DNA from: Bacteroidia bacterium
Lineage (GTDB): Bacteria > Bacteroidota > Bacteroidia > UKL13-3
Assembly (NCBI GenBank): GCA_046296495.1
Contig: JBKBLB010000001.1
Coordinates: forward strand, 69,740 to 133,739
Direction of reading: 5' to 3'
Length of the DNA stretch: 64,000 nucleotides
The first letter of the stretch is position 1. Each line of letters starts with the position of its first letter. Below are positions 9,905-19,386 of the stretch, piece after piece. The position numbers and the translations under genes are program-made. The notes under the pieces were generated by a model that did no database searches, was not told the DNA's origin, and saw only the letters and a program-made list of their open reading frames with translations.

Positions 9905-10870
9905 TTATAAAGAATAAATCCAGTGAGCCATATTTAAGTAAAGCGGAATGCCAATAGTAACATTAAACGGAAATACAACGGCAAGTGCAGATGTTAGGTA
10001 ATAACTTGGGTTTGCTTCGGGCAAAGCTATTCTTACAGCTGCAGGTGCTGCAATATAACTTGCACTGGCACACAATACTGCAAAAATGGCACTGCCACCA
10101 ATACTCAACCCCGCCCATTTAGCTAGCCAAAGCCCAATAAAAGCATTTAAAATTGGTAAAGCCAAACTTACCAAAATAAGTTGCATGCCAACTTTCTTTA
10201 AATCGAAGAGTCTTCGGCCTGTAACCAATCCAACTTCAAGTAAAAACAAACATAAAATGCCTTTAAATGGAGCTTCAAATAGCGGAGAAACTTGTTCAAA
10301 ACCTTTTTTGCCGGTTAGCATACCAACAAGTAGCCCTCCAATTAAAAGCACTATACCTTTACCGGTTAGCAGTTCGTGCAATACCTCACTATTGTCGCTT
10401 TGTTTTTGTTGGCTACCTTTTTTAGCAATAAACAAAGCAATTAATACTGCCGGAACTTCCATTATTGCTAAAAGTGCAGGCATAAAACCTTCGTAAGTTG
10501 TTTGGTGTGTATCCATGTAAACCATACTTTGGCTAAATGTAACAGCACTTACACTGCCAAAATGTGCTGCTAAAGCGGCTGCGTTTATCGTATCAAAACG
10601 GGCAATTTTTTTAAAAGCATAGTAAGCCCAAAATGGTATGGCACAACTCATTATTATACCGCTTAAACCTGCTTTATAAAAATCGGCAAGTGATGTTTGG
10701 CTTAGTTTTACACCACCTTTTAAGCCAATGGCAAAAAGTAAATAAATGGTAAGGCCCTGGTACATGCCTTCCGGAAATTTTAAATCACTTTTTATTATTG
10801 TGGCCAAAATGCCTGTAACAAAGGCAAGTACCATTGGCGATGTAAGGCTTTCAAGCAAAGTTTCAGTCAT
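9905..10870 (-). CDS. sbtA: Sodium-dependent bicarbonate transporter family permease (SbtA-like)
   Basis: KSDL.FP, YLLFAIGLKGG, AAHFGSVSAVTF, MEVPA, ASASYIAAPAA and FPFNV.IGIPLY. Confidence 0.92.
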   Translation of the reverse strand: MTETLLESLTSPMVLAFVTGILATIIKSDLKFPEGMYQGLTIYLLFAIGLKGGVKLSQTSLADFYKAGLSGIIMSCAIPFWAYYAFKKIARFDTINAAALAAHFGSVSAVTFSQSMVYMDTHQTTYEGFMPALLAIMEVPAVLIALFIAKKGSQQKQSDNSEVLHELLTGKGIVLLIGGLLVGMLTGKKGFEQVSPLFEAPFKGILCLFLLEVGLVTGRRLFDLKKVGMQLILVSLALPILNAFIGLWLAKWAGLSIGGSAIFAVLCASASYIAAPAAVRIALPEANPSYYLTSALAVVFPFNVTIGIPLYLNMAHWIYSL

Positions 10871-10934
10871 TTTACAATTGCTTAATATCGAACTATATTT
10901 TTTTATCTATGTTCGAATAATTTTTGGCAATGTA

Positions 10935-11312
10935 ATGGCTCAAAATCTTAAAAACAACAAAGAAAAAGGAAACCTTGGAGAAGATATTGCAACAAAATAC
11001 CTGCAAGACAAAGGCTATCTTATACTTGAACGCAATTTTACTTCAGGAAAAGCCGAAATTGATATAATAGCACAACACCAAAACGATATTGTTTTTGTTG
11101 AAGTAAAAACTCGTTTTAATGCCTTACTCGAACCTGAAAAAGCTGTTACAAAAGCCAAACAAAAACACCTTGCATTTGCTGCAACTGCATTCATTGAAGA
11201 TAAGCAACCCGGCAAACAGGCAAGGTTCGATATTATAAGCATCAATTTCATTAACAATAAGCCCCAAATTGAGCATTTTGAAGATGCATTTTATCCTTAC
11301 ATTGCTTTATAA
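10935..11312 (+). CDS. YraN family PD-(D/E)XK nuclease-like protein
   Basis: GEDIA..YL..KGY.IL.RN, EIDII, FVEVKTR and RFDII. ATG at 10935 is preferred because the track start at 10746 overlaps sbtA. Confidence 0.92.
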   Translation: MAQNLKNNKEKGNLGEDIATKYLQDKGYLILERNFTSGKAEIDIIAQHQNDIVFVEVKTRFNALLEPEKAVTKAKQKHLAFAATAFIEDKQPGKQARFDIISINFINNKPQIEHFEDAFYPYIAL

Positions 11313-11326
11313 TTCATTATCATAAT

Positions 11327-12307
11327 ATGAAAAAGTTATCACTTACTTTATTAATTTTACTCATCGTAAATCCACTACTTTTTAGTTGGGGGTTTTACGG
11401 ACATAGAATTATAAACCGTATGGCTGTATTTGCCTTACCACCCGAAATGTTTGGCTTTTATAAGTTTCACATAGATTACCTTACCGAACATGCCGTTGAC
11501 CCTGATAAACGCAGATACAGTGATAAAGAAGAAGCACCAAGACATTACATAGATTTAGATCATTTTGAGAAAGCCATACCAATAGATACCATGCCCTTTG
11601 ATTTTGAAGATGCACAAAAAAAGTTTACCCTCGATACTTTGTTAGCTTATGGTATTGTACCCTGGCATATTGTAAAGGTTTACAACCAGCTTAAATATGC
11701 TTTTAAAGAAAAAAATTCACAACGTATTTTAAAACTCAGTGCAGATATTGGACATTACATTGCCGATGCGCATGTGCCTTTACATACTTCCGAAAACTAT
11801 AATGGCCAGCTAACAAACCAGCATGGCATACATGGTTTTTTAGAAAGCCGTTTGGTTGAATTATTTGCTAAAGACTATGACTTTTTTGTAGGTAAAGCCA
11901 ATTATGTAAACAATATGCAGGCATTTGGCTGGAAAGCAGTTGAAGGCAGTTTTGCCGCATTAGACTCGGTTTTTTTGTTTGAACGCAAAGCAGCAGAATC
12001 AATACCGGAAAGAGAACGTTTCAGCTACGAGCAAAAAGGCCAAAATCAGATAAAAGTATATAGTGTAAAGTATGCAAATGCATATCATAATATGCTAAAC
12101 GGAATGGTAGAAAGGCGAATGCAAGCTGCCATACTTGCAGTTGCATGTATTTGGTACAGTGCCTGGGTTGATGCAGGGCAGCCAAATCTTAACGATTTAC
12201 TTGACAAAAAACCGGAAAAAGCGCCAAAACAAAAAGAGCTTGAAGAAATGATAGGGCTTGAAACCAAAGAAATTGAAAATTTAAAAATGATTGGCAGGCA
12301 GGAATAA
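11327..12307 (+). CDS. S1/P1 nuclease / zinc-dependent phospholipase C family, secreted
   Basis: Signal peptide followed by WGFYGH, RHYIDLD, GHYIADAHVPLHT and HGFLES. Confidence 0.88.
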   Translation: MKKLSLTLLILLIVNPLLFSWGFYGHRIINRMAVFALPPEMFGFYKFHIDYLTEHAVDPDKRRYSDKEEAPRHYIDLDHFEKAIPIDTMPFDFEDAQKKFTLDTLLAYGIVPWHIVKVYNQLKYAFKEKNSQRILKLSADIGHYIADAHVPLHTSENYNGQLTNQHGIHGFLESRLVELFAKDYDFFVGKANYVNNMQAFGWKAVEGSFAALDSVFLFERKAAESIPERERFSYEQKGQNQIKVYSVKYANAYHNMLNGMVERRMQAAILAVACIWYSAWVDAGQPNLNDLLDKKPEKAPKQKELEEMIGLETKEIENLKMIGRQE

Positions 12308-12480
12308 TAAGCTCATTACAGCTTTAAAAAAGTAATTAATTGTTAATAACTTTTGTTTGAACCAATAAACCTGCCATATATTTTTGTTGCATATATAAAG
12401 TTTAGTGCAGTTTTTGGTATTTAATAAATCAAAACTACATTCGCTGATAATTGCATTAAAACTTAAACAAAAAAGCATAC

Positions 12481-13605
12481 ATGAAATTTATAATAAACAG
12501 CAGCGTATTGTTAAAGCACCTCAGTTATGTTGATGGTGTTGTGGTATCAAAACCTATCATACCAATACTTAATAACTTTTTGTTTGATGTAAAAGATGGT
12601 AATCTTACTATTTCATCAACCGATTTGGAAACAACCATGACAACTTCCATTAAAGTTGATGCCCAAGAGGATATTAATATTGCCATTCCAAGTAAAAACA
12701 CCATAGAATTATTACGTAAATTACCCGATCAACCTCTTGCATTTTCAATAAACCCCGAAAAAGGTTCGGTAGAAATAAAATACGAATCAGGAAAATTTAA
12801 AACCTCTGCCATAAGTGGAGAAGAGTTTCCCAAAACTCCAGAAGTTGAAGGTTCATCATCGTTTACCATTCCTGCCAAAATATTGCAAAAAGCTATCTCA
12901 AAAACAGTTTTTGCAACCAGTAACGATGAGTTAAGACTTAATTTAACCGGTGTTTATGTTCAATTATTTAACGACAGTATTACTTTAGTTGCTACTGATG
13001 CAAACCGATTGGTTCGTTTTAAGCGAAGTGATGTAAAACCGGGAATTGAGGAATCATTTATTTTGCCAAAAAAAGCATTAAACCTTTTAAAATCTACATT
13101 ACCTGCCGATGATACCCCCGTAAAAGTTCAATACAACAGGCAGAATGCTTTTTTTACATTTGGCGATATAAGTTTGATTTGCCGTTTAATTGATGAAAAA
13201 TATCCTGATTACAATGCGGTAATACCCAACGATAATCCCAATAAACTTACAGTTGATAAAAACGAGTTTAGCATGGCTGTTCAGCGTGTTGCAATTACCA
13301 GCAACCGCAGCACCTATCAAATTAGGGTAAAAATAGCAGGCAGTGAACTTACCGTTAGTGCTGAAGACATAGATTACGAAAACGAAGCAATAGAAAAATT
13401 GCAATGTGAGTTTGAAGGAGAAGACATGGAAATTGGTTTCAACAGTAAATATTTATTGGAATTACTTAATAATGTTGATAGTGATAAAGTGCGAATAGAA
13501 ATGAGTTTGCCAAGCCGAGCAGTAGTAATTTTACCAACAACACCAATTGAAAACGAAGATATTCTGATGTTGGTAATGCCTATGATGGTAAGCAGCAGTT
13601 ATTAA
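12481..13605 (+). CDS. dnaN: DNA polymerase III beta clamp
   Basis: PILNNFLF, STDLE, VATD, RLIDEKYPDY, IGFNSKYL and LVMPM. Confidence 0.97.
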   Translation: MKFIINSSVLLKHLSYVDGVVVSKPIIPILNNFLFDVKDGNLTISSTDLETTMTTSIKVDAQEDINIAIPSKNTIELLRKLPDQPLAFSINPEKGSVEIKYESGKFKTSAISGEEFPKTPEVEGSSSFTIPAKILQKAISKTVFATSNDELRLNLTGVYVQLFNDSITLVATDANRLVRFKRSDVKPGIEESFILPKKALNLLKSTLPADDTPVKVQYNRQNAFFTFGDISLICRLIDEKYPDYNAVIPNDNPNKLTVDKNEFSMAVQRVAITSNRSTYQIRVKIAGSELTVSAEDIDYENEAIEKLQCEFEGEDMEIGFNSKYLLELLNNVDSDKVRIEMSLPSRAVVILPTTPIENEDILMLVMPMMVSSSY

Positions 13606-13650
13606 TAATTAACATTTATCTTACATTCATTTACTTATTTTGCGCCCCAA

Positions 13651-14391
13651 ATGCGCATCCTTTTTTTTGTTATAACGCTTAACTTTTTTTCAGCAGGAGT
13701 TTTTGCCGTAAGGCCTTTTATTACTGATGATGCACGGGTTGTTGGCTATCGCCTTGCACAGTATGAAGGATGGACACGATTTGACAGATTTGGCGGAGAA
13801 TTTTGGAGTATGGTTGCTTATGGCCCAAATCGTTTTTTAGAACTTAGTTTGGGTGGTGTAACAGGTTATGAGTTACATCAAAACAAAAGACCTGATTTTA
13901 CAGCAGCCGCACCTTTGGTTCAAGCAAAATTTTTATTTAATGAATACAGTGATGGAAAACCTCCGGGTTTTGGCCTTGTGGCAGGTACATTTTTACCTTA
14001 CGGATTTGGTGAACTTAGGCCTTCAGGTTATGGTTCGTTTGCTTTTGCTACCATTTCGCAGTGTATTGGCAAAAACGAAAATGTATTAATTCACGCAAAT
14101 GTGGGAGCAAATTTTGTTGACTTTAAAGACAATAATTCGTTGGTATATACATGGGGTTATGGCACACAAATTAAAGCTTATAAAGGTTTTCATTTAGTAG
14201 CTGAACACTTTAGCGGAGATCCTTATGTGCCGGGTACCGGCATGGCTATTCAGGTTGGTTTCAGGCATTTTTTTAGTGATAATTTTCAAATTGACGGAAC
14301 TTATGGAAAAGGTATTTCGGGAGAATTTGTATTACCTCATTGGTTTAGTTTTGGTGTAAGAATTGTTACAGAAAAATTTTATAAAAAATAG
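13651..14391 (+). CDS. Hypothetical secreted protein, probable outer-membrane beta-barrel
   Basis: Signal peptide, RPFITDDARVV N-terminus, alternating aromatic beta-strands and terminal WFSFGVRI. Confidence 0.6.
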   Translation: MRILFFVITLNFFSAGVFAVRPFITDDARVVGYRLAQYEGWTRFDRFGGEFWSMVAYGPNRFLELSLGGVTGYELHQNKRPDFTAAAPLVQAKFLFNEYSDGKPPGFGLVAGTFLPYGFGELRPSGYGSFAFATISQCIGKNENVLIHANVGANFVDFKDNNSLVYTWGYGTQIKAYKGFHLVAEHFSGDPYVPGTGMAIQVGFRHFFSDNFQIDGTYGKGISGEFVLPHWFSFGVRIVTEKFYKK

Positions 14392-14394
14392 AAA

Positions 14395-14973
14395 TTATTC
14401 TTCCCATTTTATACTTGCAATTATTTGTAAAACATCTTGCTTTAAAAATTCAACCACAGGTGCAATACTATCAGCTTCGGTTCTTACATTAAAGTACAAT
14501 GAGCCTCGCAAAAAGTGCCTTACGCTGTCAGTAATGTAAAACTGGTTATGTGTAGCTGTTGAACCATCCAACTCATAATAAATTCCGTACTTTCCGGGCA
14601 GTTTTATATAGTTTTCTCTAATTTCGTCTGCTTTCATTACATGTTTAAAAACCATGGTATTGGCATCATCAAGCATTTTAAACAAATCATTTCTATTTTT
14701 TAAAGGCTTATAGCTTAAATGTAATGTAGCTTTAAAAGGTAAAAAGTTTACATTATACCAACATTCATCCGGGTTTGGATAGGGGTCGGGTTTTAGATTG
14801 GCGTAAACAGGAAGGTTTAAGCCGTAATGACATTCTTTTACAACCGTGTAATTGCTTTTGCGTTCAGGAAAAACCAAACGGGGGTAAGCTTTAGGCTTTG
14901 GTGTTTGTTGTTTGTTTGAACACGAAATTGTTATTGATATAAAAATTAATATAAAACTTCTTAAACTAATCAT
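14395..14973 (-). CDS. gldD: Gliding motility lipoprotein GldD
   Basis: Lipobox ISC, PKPKAYPR and QFYITDS..HFLRGSLYF; follows gldE. Confidence 0.92.
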   Translation of the reverse strand: MISLRSFILIFISITISCSNKQQTPKPKAYPRLVFPERKSNYTVVKECHYGLNLPVYANLKPDPYPNPDECWYNVNFLPFKATLHLSYKPLKNRNDLFKMLDDANTMVFKHVMKADEIRENYIKLPGKYGIYYELDGSTATHNQFYITDSVRHFLRGSLYFNVRTEADSIAPVVEFLKQDVLQIIASIKWEE

Positions 14974-16307
14974 TATTTCAGAATGCTGACTTTTACACGC
15001 TTTATCTTTCTTTTATCAACCGATTCTATTTTAAACTCAAATTGTTTGAAATTTAGTATTTTTCCTTCTTCGGGTAAATCGCCATTTAGTTCAAGTAACA
15101 TACCTCCAAGTGTATCAGCATCGTTTCGTATATTGTCAAAAATATTTGGTTCAAGCTCCATATATCTACATACATCATTTATGGGTAATTTGGCTTCAAA
15201 CACATAAGTATAATCATTTATTTTAGAATAAATGTTTTCGTCTTCATCAAATTCATCATTTATTTCTCCGAATATTTCTTCTAAAATATCTTCCATTGTT
15301 ACTAGGCCGCTTGTGCCTCCAAACTCATCAACTACAATGGCAAGGTGAATGCGGTTAGTTTGAAAATCTCTAAGCAAATCATCAATCTTTTTGCTTTCGG
15401 GAACAAAATATGGTTTGCGAATAAGTTCTAACCAGTTAAAGGTTTCATCATTATTTATATGCGGTAAAATATCTTTTGTAAATAAAATTCCGGTAATATT
15501 ATCAAGGTGTTCGTTATAAACAGGCAAACGAGAGTACCCTGATTCGTTAATAATTCCGAGCAGTTGTTTAAAATTTATGGTAGAATCAATGGCAACAATA
15601 TCCGGACGTTGACGCATTATTTGGTTTACGGTAATATTACCAAAATTTACTATACTTTTAAGCAGCGATTTTTCTTGTTTTGGCGCATCTTTTTCGCTTG
15701 TAATTTCTATGGCATGTGTAAGTTCATCAACAGTAAGTATATGTCCCTTGCTGGTAATTCTCTTATCAATTACCGATGTAGTATTTTCGAGCAACCATAC
15801 AAAAGGCTGTAAAATTTTATATATGCTGAACATGGGTATGGCTACATATTTAACCACACGCATATTGTTTTGAACCGAATATATTTTTGGAATAACCTCG
15901 CCAAACAAAACTATAACAAATGTAACAATTATGACTTCGAGTATAAAACCTAAAACAGGGTTTTGCTGAAAATTGAAAATGATAGAAAAAACCAAGGTGG
16001 TAACCATTACAATAGCTACATTTACAAGAGTATTTGCTATAAGAATGGTAGCAAGCAGTTTTTTGGGATTACGCAAAAGGTAATTAATGGCAAAACTCTT
16101 GTTTGGGTTTTGCTCCAATAGCTCTTCAAGTTGGCTGCGGTTTAACGAAAAAAAAGCGTTTTCGCTACCCGACATAATTGCAGATAATACAATCAATACA
16201 AAAACAGCTAACAATCCGGCAACAATGGTTGAAATATCTCCCGAATGTAAATTGGAGTTAAAAATACCTGCTATCTGTAAAAATACATGAGGGGGTTGGT
16301 CGTCCAT
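14973..16307 (-). CDS. gldE: Gliding motility-associated protein GldE (CNNM/CBS/CorC domains)
   Basis: SGSENAFFSL, FGEVIPK, YSRLPV and VVDEFGGTSGLVTMEDILEEI.GEI.DEFD; synteny with ssb and gldD. Confidence 0.92.
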   Translation of the reverse strand: MDDQPPHVFLQIAGIFNSNLHSGDISTIVAGLLAVFVLIVLSAIMSGSENAFFSLNRSQLEELLEQNPNKSFAINYLLRNPKKLLATILIANTLVNVAIVMVTTLVFSIIFNFQQNPVLGFILEVIIVTFVIVLFGEVIPKIYSVQNNMRVVKYVAIPMFSIYKILQPFVWLLENTTSVIDKRITSKGHILTVDELTHAIEITSEKDAPKQEKSLLKSIVNFGNITVNQIMRQRPDIVAIDSTINFKQLLGIINESGYSRLPVYNEHLDNITGILFTKDILPHINNDETFNWLELIRKPYFVPESKKIDDLLRDFQTNRIHLAIVVDEFGGTSGLVTMEDILEEIFGEINDEFDEDENIYSKINDYTYVFEAKLPINDVCRYMELEPNIFDNIRNDADTLGGMLLELNGDLPEEGKILNFKQFEFKIESVDKRKIKRVKVSILK

Positions 16308-16316
16308 GAAAAAAAA

Positions 16317-16775
16317 TTAAAATGGCAAATCATCTTCCTGCGCAGGCATAGAAGATGTATAATTTTCTGCATAGTTAACCGTATTGCTTTCGGCAATAGG
16401 TTGGTTTGTTGGTTTGCCTGTATTTGTGCTTTCTATACTATCGGCTTGTCTTGATCCTAGCAATGTCATGTTTGTAACACGTATTCTTTTATCACTTCTT
16501 TCTATACCTTCTTTATCTTTCCAATTTTCGGTTTTTATTTTTCCTTCAACAAAAACCTGATTGCCTTTTTTAAGATATTTTTCAGCAATTTTAGCCAAGT
16601 TATCCCACATTTCAACTCGGTGCCATTCGGTTTCGGTACGTTTTTCTCCGTTTTTATCGGTATATGTTTCGTTGGTAGCTATGGTAAAAGATGCAACTAC
16701 TTTATTATTATCCAAATATCTAACTTCAGGGTCTCGGCCTAAGTTTCCTATAAGCATTACTTTATTTAACGACAT
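16317..16775 (-). CDS. ssb: Single-stranded DNA-binding protein
   Basis: NKVMLIGNLGRDPE, TEWHRV and acidic C-terminus DDLPF. Confidence 0.97.
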   Translation of the reverse strand: MSLNKVMLIGNLGRDPEVRYLDNNKVVASFTIATNETYTDKNGEKRTETEWHRVEMWDNLAKIAEKYLKKGNQVFVEGKIKTENWKDKEGIERSDKRIRVTNMTLLGSRQADSIESTNTGKPTNQPIAESNTVNYAENYTSSMPAQEDDLPF

Positions 16776-16787
16776 ATATTTTAAAAT

Positions 16788-17840
16788 TTAAAACGGCAAA
16801 TTAACATTTTGCAAGTACTTTTCAAAAAGTCTGTGGGTGGGATATTTTTCAACATCTTTAATGTAAACACATGTTAAATTATCTTCAATTTTCAATTTAC
16901 TTTTAACAGCCAACGTAACAAATTGAGCATGTATGGTTTGGTGTGTAAGTTGGTGTTTGTATTGATGCGAATTTAAAACCATAAGTTTTTCAGGTTTTAT
17001 ATTAAACTTTTTGCAAAAGGCTTCTGTTATATTTGGTAATTCGGTAAAGTTATCGGTTTCAATCAATATCGGTTCAAACAAGCCCTGCCAAATATCTTTT
17101 AAAGTTCTTTGTTTAAGGTAAGTTTTATTGTTTTGAACCAAAACCAAATAATTAAAATATCGGTTAATGGGTTTTTTTTTGGTAAGTTTTAAAGGTAAAG
17201 TTGATTGTATTTTTTTTGTATTTGCCAAACAACCATTTTGAATAGGACATTCGGTGCATTTAGGGTTTGCAGGTGTACAAACTATTGCTCCTAACTCCAT
17301 TATTGCCTGATTGTGTATAGCAGGTTCTTTTTTATTTAAAAACTCATTTGCCAACTGTGTAAATATTTTTTTTCCAATGGTTGAGTTTATAGGTTTGTCT
17401 ATACAAAAATACCTTGCAAGCACCCTAAAAACGTTTCCATCTAAAACTGCGTAAGGCTGGTTATAAGCAAAACTTGCAATGGCTGCTGCAGTATATGGCC
17501 CAATACCTTTTAATTTTATTAGTTTTTCATATTTATCAGGAAAAACACCTCCAAATTGCTCAACAATATTTTTAGCCGTTTTATGCATATTTCGGGCACG
17601 GCTGTAGTAACCCAATCCCTGCCAAAGTTTTAAAACGGTTTCACTAGGTGCTTCGGCAAGTGTAAAAATTGTTTTAAATGTGTTGGTAAAGTTAAGGTAG
17701 TAGGGCAAACCTTGCTCAACGCGGGTTTGTTGCAAAATAATTTCGCTAAGCCAAATATAATAGGGGTTTTGTGTATTTCGCCAGGGTAGTTGCCGTTTGT
17801 TTTTTTTGTACCAAATCAGCAGTTTTTCGTTGTCGTTCAT
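16788..17840 (-). CDS. mutY: A/G-specific adenine glycosylase
   Basis: WLSEIILQQTRV, GLGYYSRARN, HhH motif LKGIGPYTA, DGNVFRV and 4Fe-4S motif C-x6-C-x2-C-x5-C. Confidence 0.97.
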   Translation of the reverse strand: MNDNEKLLIWYKKNKRQLPWRNTQNPYYIWLSEIILQQTRVEQGLPYYLNFTNTFKTIFTLAEAPSETVLKLWQGLGYYSRARNMHKTAKNIVEQFGGVFPDKYEKLIKLKGIGPYTAAAIASFAYNQPYAVLDGNVFRVLARYFCIDKPINSTIGKKIFTQLANEFLNKKEPAIHNQAIMELGAIVCTPANPKCTECPIQNGCLANTKKIQSTLPLKLTKKKPINRYFNYLVLVQNNKTYLKQRTLKDIWQGLFEPILIETDNFTELPNITEAFCKKFNIKPEKLMVLNSHQYKHQLTHQTIHAQFVTLAVKSKLKIEDNLTCVYIKDVEKYPTHRLFEKYLQNVNLPF

Positions 17841-17903
17841 TAGGTGTTGACAATAAAATGAAATAAAAATTCAAAAAAATCAACATTTTATTCAGTTAAT
17901 TTA

Positions 17904-17911
17904 TACATTTG
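17904..17911 (+). promoter_or_regulatory. -7 promoter element for the HU operon
   Basis: TACATTTG matches TAnnTTTG. Confidence 0.6.
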
Positions 17912-17966
17912 CAACCCCTTACATAAAAAATACATTTCATAACAAACAGTTAATAAGTTAAATAAG

Positions 17967-18308
17967 ATGACAAAAGCAGAAATTATCACAGAAATCTCTT
18001 TAAAAACCGGTATCGAAAAAAATCAGGTTCAAGAGGTTGTAGAATCATTTTTTAAAGTTGTGCGCAACAACATGACAGACGGAAGAAACATTTATTTCCG
18101 TGGTTTTGGCAGTTTTATAATTAAAAAACGTGCTAAAAAAATTGCTCGAAACATTTCAAAAAATACGGCAATGGTTATTGATGAACACTACATTCCATCT
18201 TTTAAACCTGCTAAAACATTTGTTGATAAAGTTAAGAAAAGCGATGCTGTGAAAGCTAATGCTGCAAAGCGTGAGGCAGAAGCTAAACAAGCCCTTAAAG
18301 ACGCTTAA
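17967..18308 (+). CDS. HU/IHF family DNA-binding protein
   Basis: MTKAEII, FRGFGSF, ARNISKN and PSFKP. Confidence 0.93.
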   Translation: MTKAEIITEISLKTGIEKNQVQEVVESFFKVVRNNMTDGRNIYFRGFGSFIIKKRAKKIARNISKNTAMVIDEHYIPSFKPAKTFVDKVKKSDAVKANAAKREAEAKQALKDA

Positions 18309-19153
18309 TGCAGCTAAATAAGGTTCAAATAATAGTAATTTCGATTTTGGTAGTATTGGTTGGTATTTTGGTATATGCCAATTTAAAAACCCCACAGTAC
18401 AAACCTGAACAATTGAGTGATGTCGGAAAAGAAAAAGCTCAGGTAAAGGATTTTGATTTACAGTTGTATCTTATATCGTTGCATGATTCCGTTAATACCG
18501 AAACATCAAACGAATTGAGAAACCTTACAAATATTGTAGAAACTGATACAACTAAATTATATCCAAAATTAAAACTTGCTATGATGTACGATTCGTTGGG
18601 CTATTCGCTTGCCTCTGGTTATTACTACAGCCTTGCCGCAAGAATTTTAAACGATGAAACATCTTGGTACAAAGCCGGTTTCAGGTTTTACGAATGTGCC
18701 GCTACTACCATTGATACACCCATGCAATATTTTGCTACAAATAAAGCTATTGAAGCTTTTGAAAAAGTAGTAGCGATTAATTCAAACAATATTGAAGCTA
18801 AAAACGCACTTGCTATTTGTTATATTAAAAACGATCTTGATATAATGAAGGGCGTTCAACTTTTAAAAGATGTTTTAAGAATAGACAGCACCAATATTGA
18901 TGCAAATTACACACTCGGTATTTTAAGCATGAGAAGCGGCCAAATGGATAAAGCAGCACAAAGGTTCAAAACACTTACAGCCATTCAACCGTTTAATCCT
19001 GAATTTTACTATTATTTAGGCGAATGTTATGTTGAATTAAACAACAAAACAGAAGCCATAAAAGCATTTGAAACATTTAGGCAACTTGTTCCTGATGAAG
19101 GTACAAAACAAGCCATTCAATCTACCATTAATAACCTAAAAAACAATAATTAA
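18308..19153 (+). CDS. Tetratricopeptide repeat protein with N-terminal membrane anchor
   Basis: C-terminal TPR-like helices; TAATG stop-start overlap with the HU gene. Confidence 0.8.
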   Translation: MQLNKVQIIVISILVVLVGILVYANLKTPQYKPEQLSDVGKEKAQVKDFDLQLYLISLHDSVNTETSNELRNLTNIVETDTTKLYPKLKLAMMYDSLGYSLASGYYYSLAARILNDETSWYKAGFRFYECAATTIDTPMQYFATNKAIEAFEKVVAINSNNIEAKNALAICYIKNDLDIMKGVQLLKDVLRIDSTNIDANYTLGILSMRSGQMDKAAQRFKTLTAIQPFNPEFYYYLGECYVELNNKTEAIKAFETFRQLVPDEGTKQAIQSTINNLKNNN

Positions 19154-19155
19154 AC

Positions 19156-19245
19156 ATGCCAAGCGGTAAAAAAAGAAAGCGTCATAAAATTGCAACGCAC
19201 AAACGTAAAAAACGCCTGCGTAAAAACAGGCACAAAAAGAAGTAG
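19156..19245 (+). CDS. 29-aa basic ribosomal protein bS22 (AURKAIP1/COX24-like), below the ORF-track cutoff
   Basis: Translates as MPSGKKRKRHKIATHKRKKRLRKNRHKKK*, upstream of the RNase G/E gene. Confidence 0.88.
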   Translation: MPSGKKRKRHKIATHKRKKRLRKNRHKKK

Positions 19246-19252
19246 TTTGAGC

Positions 19253-19286
19253 TAAGATTGCCTTTTAAGTTAATAAGGCAATCTTA
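19253..19286 (+). terminator. Perfect 12-bp hairpin after bS22 (terminator or stabiliser)
   Basis: TAAGATTGCCTT-n10-AAGGCAATCTTA; no strong U-tract follows. Confidence 0.55.
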
Positions 19287-19386
19287 CAAACGCTTCTCCC
19301 TCAAAAAAATTATCTTAAAACATTACCCTCGCCCCATTTTATTTTTAACCTAATGGCAGCCTTTGCTGCATTAATTTTTTATTATT

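Noticed and set aside
10746-10934. N-terminal extension of YraN
   Set aside because: It overlaps sbtA antisense; YraN similarity begins at the ATG at 10935.
12310-12480. Replication origin next to dnaN
   Set aside because: Only one relaxed DnaA-box-like site (TGTTAATAA at 12341) in a short spacer, and no dnaA gene.
17160-17230. Homopolymer tracts in mutY and elsewhere as phase-variation sites
   Set aside because: Runs of 7-9 A/T are expected in such AT-rich DNA, and the reading frames are intact.
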